Positions 58,017-64,000 of a stretch of 64,000 nucleotides of DNA are shown piece after piece. The notes beneath the pieces were generated by a model, which saw only the letters and a list, made by a program, of their open reading frames with translations, did not search any database and had not been told where the DNA came from. The DNA is taken from positions 83,427 through 147,426 of the forward strand of contig CAZFHY010000007.1 of the NCBI GenBank assembly GCA_964519305.1, read 5' to 3'. Origin of the DNA: Candidatus Undinarchaeota archaeon (GTDB taxonomy: Archaea; SpSt-1190; JASMDC01). The position numbers and the translations under genes were made by a program. The first letter of the stretch is position 1. Every line of letters starts with the position of its first letter.

Positions 58017-61000
58017 GCAGACAAAGACCGGGCGACCGACGCGCGGGCCATCCGTAGGACTCCCCGAAGTGCGTCCGCCTCACCACTCGCACGTTCGATA
58101 GGACCGTTCGGAAGTTCCCTTGCTCCGTTCACGAGGTCCTTGGCGACACCTGCAAGAAGGGGACGGACCGTGCTTGCTTTCTTTGCGCGAACGGTATCAC
58201 CCATCCCTTCGTAGTAGTTCTCGAGCTTCCCTGCCAGAGCTTCGAGCTCACGAGCAAAGCGTGCCAGCTCAATGAGCTCTTGGGCGAGTTCACGGGACTC
58301 GTCCTGTTCGAGCGAGGTCCGCGGTACGCATCTCCCAACGGTGCGCGAGCACCACATGCCCGGTGAGCAAGGGCAATCGACACAGCAGGACATCGATGTC
58401 TCACCAAGATCACATTGACCGTCTCCGCAAGAGACGTCCTCAGGAGACAGGAGCGTGGCACCGTGGCAATACGAGAGTGGCAGCGGGAAGGTACCGAAGA
58501 CCGAGAGCATCGATTGGGCCTCAATATCGGGTACAATCGTGAGCAGAGAGCACGTGTTCGCTGCGACCTCACCCCGCTGCAGGATGTCCAGGCAGAAGGA
58601 TGTGAAGATAAGGTCCCTGTGTAGCTCGGTTTCATCGAGCCCCTCGACCAGAGCGCGTCTGCATTCTACACGCGCCTTATCGTGCTCACCTTGAGCGACC
58701 AACAGGCCGGCCCTGAACCTGTGGGCGTTCACCGTGTCCTGGTTGGCGAGTGAACGTTCCGCCTTCGCAAGTAGTTCGTCAGCCTTGTCGTTCGACCCGA
58801 GTATGCGATGGCACAGGGACATCCCACCATACGAGAAGAAGATAGTATCACTGGATGTGTCAGCGATCTGACTAAGGAGCGAGTTAGCGCTCTTGCACGC
58901 TTCCTTGGCACCATTTCGGTCACCTATCGAGTCGAGCGTACGGGCTGCTATGAACGTCAGGATAGGTATCTGTTGAGGGTAATCGGTGCCCTTCATTTCA
59001 TTAAGTACGATATCTACGGCCTGCTGTTGCAGGGATGTAGATTGGAGCCGTTCGCCCGCCTGTAGCCACTTCCGGGACAATGCAAGGAGCCCGAAAACAT
59101 AATCCTCTGAAGCACAAGATGAACGAGACCTGAGACAGGTCACCTTGAGAGAGACGCGGTCCGAGCCGTCATATTCACATTCAGATATGACACGTGTCGA
59201 CCGCCCGGGACCAAGTGTGAGCTCGGGCAGACCGCACTGTTTCAGGTTCCCCGAATTCAGACGATAAAGTGCGGATTTCGATGTGAATGTGTTAGGGCCA
59301 GGGTTCTCTATTGTGAATATGAGCTTGTTACGGTCGTCAGAGCCTATCCTGGTTATCACAGGACTGCATTGCTCGGTCTGTACTTCATCTGCGCAAGAGA
59401 GGATGAGTTGTGATTCGAGGATGCGTGCTATCGCCCTCGAAGTTTCACGGGATCCTTCGATATCGCCCGCCAGGCGTTGTATCGTTGCGAGCGAATCGAG
59501 GACCAGCGGGTCCACTGCCGCACATAGGAGATCGTCAGTGGGACAGACCTTTCCGATGATGTCATCAAGGATGGATTGTACCTCTTCAAGGGTCGCTGCG
59601 GCGTTCGAATAGTCCCCGGAAAGACGCTCGAACACGGCCACAAGGGAGAGGAGGGCAGCGTTGCCATGCTGTCTGGCATCATCCTTGCTCAATGGTGAGC
59701 GTCTAAGGAGTTGAGCGAACTCCTTGTACAAAGCGGACCGCTGGCTCATGTCAAGGTCGTCGAGCTCCAGACATGTCGCGGCCCTTACTGCATCGTGGAT
59801 ACCCTCTTCGCTCTTCTGCCGGGCGAGCCAATATCTGGCGGCCTCCATGTACCTCTCCGCACATCGTCCGAACTCGTCCGCGTATGCTGCTTCAAGTGCC
59901 TCACGCTCTATTGACTGGGCGCTCTCCACCTTTTCTTTAACAGAGAAGGCGATATTGCTATCTACATGCGAACCGCTATCGAGGGTAGCAACGACATGTA
60001 GCTCGTACTCACCGGGCCCCGGGGGCGTGAAGCTCGCTATAAAGTGGTCAGCACGGTTCCTGAAGTACACCTTTCCCCCGAGAGGACGCTGACGAGCGGG
60101 TGTCTGTTCTACACCTAGCGGTCCGTCGTCGACCTCCACCTCGACCATTATCGTGCCAACGACCACTGCATCCTGCACGGGACGTTCGTTCTCATCGATG
60201 AATACACGTGCTTCTACACGCTCACCGGGCGTGATGATGTACCTGTCGAGCTCGACGTGGACTTCGACAGCACTGCTATCCGCCACGGTGAAAGACACGT
60301 CGTCCTTTTTTACTGCAGCATCAGGGACCTCGAGAGTGCCTTCTACCCGGTACAGCCCTTTCGGACCGTCGCGATCGATGGTGAGGGCCCCGCGCCATGT
60401 GAACTTGCATGTTTGTGGGCATGAGCATTGCTCACCTGTCGGACACTGGCAGGGACTATCCTGACATGTCTTCCTTACCTGTCGCATAGGAACGTCCTTG
60501 AACGTACCATCGGGAAGAGTCACTCTTACAGAGAGAGTTCCCTCTGAACGTGTAACGACATCGACCGTGACATCGTCACCGACATCGGCCGTGATCCTGT
60601 CAACGGATATCTCAAGTGGTGAGGCTTCCGTACATAGAGGTAGCCATGCGGTCTCGCCACCATATGAACCCGAGAAACCGACGAGCACACCGTCACCCTC
60701 TTTCAGCGACACTTTGACTGCGGGGTTCGGCCCGGTTATCCTGTAATCCATGTCGACGGCGTCCTCGTCATCGCAAACACCCAATCTGAACCTGACCGTC
60801 GTATCGTCCACGGTAACGAGCTCGTCGTTCGTGCAGGGACAGCCGTACATGCACCCGTCGTCAAGGTCCCCCTCCATCCCACGAGGTACAGGCTCATCTA
60901 TTGCTGCATCCCTGAGCTGCAAGTAACCATGTGCCGACGTTGGGGTCCCACCACCCATCCGGAGCGTCATGGTGCCATGTCCCCGGACCAGTACGAGCTT

Positions 61001-63079
61001 CGATGTCGCGCTGCCGGGATCATCATCAGCGCATTCTGATGGATCAGAGCCGGTCGAGCCGTGATCCAGCTCGAGGTATCCCTCAATGCCTTGAGAGAGC
61101 TCCTGTACGCGTACTGTGTACGTACCGGTCCCTTCGGTGAACGCAGCATCGGTGCTGAACCCCCATCCATGTTCCCGACAGCTGGCAACGGCACCTGTGG
61201 TCCCTATGATCCATTCGTCACCGCTAGGTCGTTCGACGATGAGGCGGTAGTTACAGCTGTTACCCGTGCCTTCAGTACGTATGCGCAGGCTCACGGTCTC
61301 CCCTAGTCCATAACTGGTGCGTGGAGAGGTGACTCTGAGGCTCGGCGAAACGGTGGACCGGGACACCCTGACCTCTCTCTCTGGTGATGTAGCATTGTCC
61401 CCCTCTCGCGAACAAGCGACCCAGACCTTGTACACTCCTGCCTCGCCGGTCTCGAGCGATATCCGGTAGGTCCCGTCCTCCTTGTCCAGGTCCATCTCGA
61501 AATGACCGTCGAATGGTTCACCAACGGGGTCGGGAGTCACCTCCCGTAACCAGCATATGCACGTCCCATCGAGCATTTGACCTGATCCGGTCGCATACCG
61601 TGCCGCTACCTCGATGTCCTCCCCAACCGCGATATTAGGCCCTCGAGGGAGGTCGATGGTAACGGAAGCTTCACAGTCAGCAGGACACGAAAACTCGCCT
61701 TCACCGTGCTCGCACAACCCGTTCCCGCATTCAGAGCCAACACAGTCCTCAGGACAGATCTCACCATCCTCGCCAGGCTCGCAACTGTCGTTGCCGCACA
61801 AGCTCAGATGGAGCTCGCCTCCAAGATAGTGTACGAGCACCACGTTGCAGGCCGCCTGATGCGGTATGACGAAGATGGTCTCTTCCACCTCCGTGTCGGG
61901 TGGTCGTATCTCGAACTTGATCTTGTGGTCCGTCTGTCCATGTGTCGTGATTATATGCTCTTTGGCAGGCGACTGCATACCGGTACCTTTCTGGAAGCGT
62001 CCAGTGCATTCGGACTGGACCGTGAAGCTCACACCGACCTCCACGTCTGAGATGACACGGTACGAGGCGTGGGGCCAGACCGGGATATCTCCAAGGTCCC
62101 CTTCGTCACCATCGACCGTTACCGTGGTCGGATCACATCCTTCCTCAGGTTCAGCTGACACCTGCAGACTACCTTCACCCTTGTCAACGCGGAAGACGCC
62201 GCGCTCGAAGCAGAAGTCCGGATGACTGAACGAGATGAGCATCTTACCCGTGGTGTCGGGAAGCGGGATGAGGAACTTGCCCAGGACATCGGATGTCCAC
62301 TTCCTGTCGTCCCCCGGGAAGAAGATCGACATGCCGCGGACTGGATCGCCTGTAGCGGCGTTCACGAACCGTCCGACAAGGCGAATCCCCTCGTGCGGTT
62401 CCTCCTCTATCTCAAGAAGGGGGGCCGCTATGTCCGGGATACCATCAACGTCGACGTCCTCGAGGGGGATAGGTGTCTTGCCATGAGAGATAAGCTTGGT
62501 GAGTTGACCCGTGCTCCATTCGTTCACGATATCTGAGATACAAGAACCGGGGAAGCCATCGATGGCCGGGACATAATGGAATATGCGATCGGCAAGATAA
62601 TCCCCTGTCGCGTTGATGATGTAGGCGTCCTCCCCTTTATAGTAGTCCACCTTCTCGGTACCCTCCACACTAAATGCGCTGGTGGTCGTATAGAGCGCTC
62701 CGTCGTCACCGGTCCTTGTGACCGTATGGTTCCATACACGCCCCTCGTGGATCGGGAACTGGAGGAAGTGGAGGTCCCAGTCCTCGAGCTCACCATCCTC
62801 CTCGATCGCCTTCACCGCAAGGTCGAAAACACCTACATGATAGATGATGGTCCTGATCATGTCAGGATCGTTTGGATCGTCCCACACCTTGCACGGGACC
62901 GTATAGCTCCGTCCAAAACTGGTGATGTCCTCAACGTAACAGAGCGTGACACTGCCATCCGTGTCCTGAGAGAGCCAGTAGGTCCCAATGACCCACTGGG
63001 GCGCGCTGTTGGCGATGGCAGTGGCTGATGGTACGAGCAGTACCAACAGTATGATATAGAGGACAGAGCGTGCCTTCAT
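58001..63079 (-). CDS. Giant (about 1690 aa) secreted mosaic protein: Ig/carboxypeptidase-regulatory-like, CGN/CGD Cys repeats, TPR/SNAP-like helical region
   Basis: Signal peptide MKARSVLYIILLVLLVPSATA after a GGAGG RBS; LVGRFVNAATGDPV; CGNDSCEPGE...CPEDC; Ala/Leu helical repeats. Confidence 0.88.
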   Translation of the reverse strand: MKARSVLYIILLVLLVPSATAIANSAPQWVIGTYWLSQDTDGSVTLCYVEDITSFGRSYTVPCKVWDDPNDPDMIRTIIYHVGVFDLAVKAIEEDGELEDWDLHFLQFPIHEGRVWNHTVTRTGDDGALYTTTSAFSVEGTEKVDYYKGEDAYIINATGDYLADRIFHYVPAIDGFPGSCISDIVNEWSTGQLTKLISHGKTPIPLEDVDVDGIPDIAAPLLEIEEEPHEGIRLVGRFVNAATGDPVRGMSIFFPGDDRKWTSDVLGKFLIPLPDTTGKMLISFSHPDFCFERGVFRVDKGEGSLQVSAEPEEGCDPTTVTVDGDEGDLGDIPVWPHASYRVISDVEVGVSFTVQSECTGRFQKGTGMQSPAKEHIITTHGQTDHKIKFEIRPPDTEVEETIFVIPHQAACNVVLVHYLGGELHLSLCGNDSCEPGEDGEICPEDCVGSECGNGLCEHGEGEFSCPADCEASVTIDLPRGPNIAVGEDIEVAARYATGSGQMLDGTCICWLREVTPDPVGEPFDGHFEMDLDKEDGTYRISLETGEAGVYKVWVACSREGDNATSPEREVRVSRSTVSPSLRVTSPRTSYGLGETVSLRIRTEGTGNSCNYRLIVERPSGDEWIIGTTGAVASCREHGWGFSTDAAFTEGTGTYTVRVQELSQGIEGYLELDHGSTGSDPSECADDDPGSATSKLVLVRGHGTMTLRMGGGTPTSAHGYLQLRDAAIDEPVPRGMEGDLDDGCMYGCPCTNDELVTVDDTTVRFRLGVCDDEDAVDMDYRITGPNPAVKVSLKEGDGVLVGFSGSYGGETAWLPLCTEASPLEISVDRITADVGDDVTVDVVTRSEGTLSVRVTLPDGTFKDVPMRQVRKTCQDSPCQCPTGEQCSCPQTCKFTWRGALTIDRDGPKGLYRVEGTLEVPDAAVKKDDVSFTVADSSAVEVHVELDRYIITPGERVEARVFIDENERPVQDAVVVGTIMVEVEVDDGPLGVEQTPARQRPLGGKVYFRNRADHFIASFTPPGPGEYELHVVATLDSGSHVDSNIAFSVKEKVESAQSIEREALEAAYADEFGRCAERYMEAARYWLARQKSEEGIHDAVRAATCLELDDLDMSQRSALYKEFAQLLRRSPLSKDDARQHGNAALLSLVAVFERLSGDYSNAAATLEEVQSILDDIIGKVCPTDDLLCAAVDPLVLDSLATIQRLAGDIEGSRETSRAIARILESQLILSCADEVQTEQCSPVITRIGSDDRNKLIFTIENPGPNTFTSKSALYRLNSGNLKQCGLPELTLGPGRSTRVISECEYDGSDRVSLKVTCLRSRSSCASEDYVFGLLALSRKWLQAGERLQSTSLQQQAVDIVLNEMKGTDYPQQIPILTFIAARTLDSIGDRNGAKEACKSANSLLSQIADTSSDTIFFSYGGMSLCHRILGSNDKADELLAKAERSLANQDTVNAHRFRAGLLVAQGEHDKARVECRRALVEGLDETELHRDLIFTSFCLDILQRGEVAANTCSLLTIVPDIEAQSMLSVFGTFPLPLSYCHGATLLSPEDVSCGDGQCDLGETSMSCCVDCPCSPGMWCSRTVGRCVPRTSLEQDESRELAQELIELARFARELEALAGKLENYYEGMGDTVRAKKASTVRPLLAGVAKDLVNGARELPNGPIERASGEADALRGVLRMARASVARSLSAWRWV

Positions 63080-63137
63080 TAGCCCTCCCACTACGGAAGA
63101 AGGGCGCGGGGTGTTTTATAGTTTGCGCCGATGAAAC

Positions 63138-64000
63138 CTAGTCACGCTTCCTCCCTAGATAGGCCCCTGCCAGCGCGAGAAGTGCCAGCGACTCCACTAC
63201 ACCCACCCCAGGAGCGGTAACCAGATCGGAACCACCCGTGGAGCCCGATAGGACGACGAGGTTGACGGTGAGCGGCTCTGCGCGGACTTCCTGCGGAACA
63301 GCTGCGGCCGCCTCGATGACGAGGCTCGTGGTCCCGACCTTACCAGCTATGAGAGGTATCTGGATAACTCGCTGCTCTCCCTTTGCCAGCTTGTAAGTGC
63401 ACGTCTTGACACCCACGTTCTCCCCACAATCGAGGGTGATATGGGTGGTCGCAGAGCCGGAGACGCTGAGCGTCACCGCTATCTCGCCCTCGTAGGGGTT
63501 CTGGATGTACACAGGGTAGAGGTGCATTGCACCCACGGTGAGCGCGAGCGACCTTGGTTGAGCCTCCGGATCGAAGAACGGCAGGTCGTCGACGCACATG
63601 GCCCTCAGCGGTGACCAGAACCATCCTGACCGGCAGCAACGGCCGACAGCGGTTATGCAGTTACCTGAGACGCACTCCCAGTTGTACCGGCAGGCCCCCA
63701 TGCGGTACCCGCCCACCTTCAAGTTCACCTTGAAGGGTATCTTCTGGACCACGTCGCGGCATTCTGCACCGCTCTCCAGGTCGGGATCGCCCTTGCACAC
63801 GGTCGATGTGATCTGGACCGTGAAGTCTGTGGGACCCGATACCGGCAGGACCACGTACTTCGATGATCGTGGCTGGAGGGTGAGATTGTAGTACTCGCCA
63901 TCCTTAATGACCAAGGGCTTGCCTGCCGCGTTGATGACCTGTATCGACACGGGCATCTTGAAGTCCGTGGGGTTCTTGATGAACACCGGCACATCGATGA
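63138..64000 (-). CDS. Cys-containing surface protein (partial) with a PGF-CTERM-like sorting signal
   Basis: Ig-like segments, CRYNWECVSGNC...CC; C-terminus TAPGVG + TM + RKRD; ORF open at the window end. Confidence 0.8.
   Translation of the reverse strand, partial: IDVPVFIKNPTDFKMPVSIQVINAAGKPLVIKDGEYYNLTLQPRSSKYVVLPVSGPTDFTVQITSTVCKGDPDLESGAECRDVVQKIPFKVNLKVGGYRMGACRYNWECVSGNCITAVGRCCRSGWFWSPLRAMCVDDLPFFDPEAQPRSLALTVGAMHLYPVYIQNPYEGEIAVTLSVSGSATTHITLDCGENVGVKTCTYKLAKGEQRVIQIPLIAGKVGTTSLVIEAAAAVPQEVRAEPLTVNLVVLSGSTGGSDLVTAPGVGVVESLALLALAGAYLGRKRD

Overview
This is 64 kb of a GC-rich archaeal chromosome. Archaeal markers are pelota, geranylgeranyl reductase, MTQ2/HemK2, a C1:G72 tRNA-Tyr with a BHB-type intron, TATA-box promoters and GGTGA ribosome-binding sites; the lineage cannot be assigned from this window. 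Housekeeping genes (guaB, pfkA, pelota, GGR, phoU, two MscS, tRNA-Tyr, tRNA-Glu) are mixed with four very large or edge-truncated Cys-rich surface proteins covering about 14.5 kb. One of these (<1..3367) is absent from the ORF track. There is also an operon of a glutamate-2,3-aminomutase-like radical SAM, an M20 peptidase and an ATP-grasp ligase. The best candidate for an undescribed system is the accessory region after tRNA-Glu (about 36.7-48.6 kb). It holds two paralog families I do not recognise (four 242-262 aa proteins and two gapless 136 aa membrane/TerB-like proteins), a scabin/pertussis-type ADP-ribosyltransferase-like protein with an atypical active site, an APH-type kinase, a GH63 hydrolase and a TPR protein. 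A 22-bp palindromic operator (consensus GTTACTACTATATAGTAGTAAC) abuts the TATA boxes of several of these genes. No CRISPR array, integrase, transposase or rRNA was seen. All family assignments come from motif recognition by eye, not from database searches.
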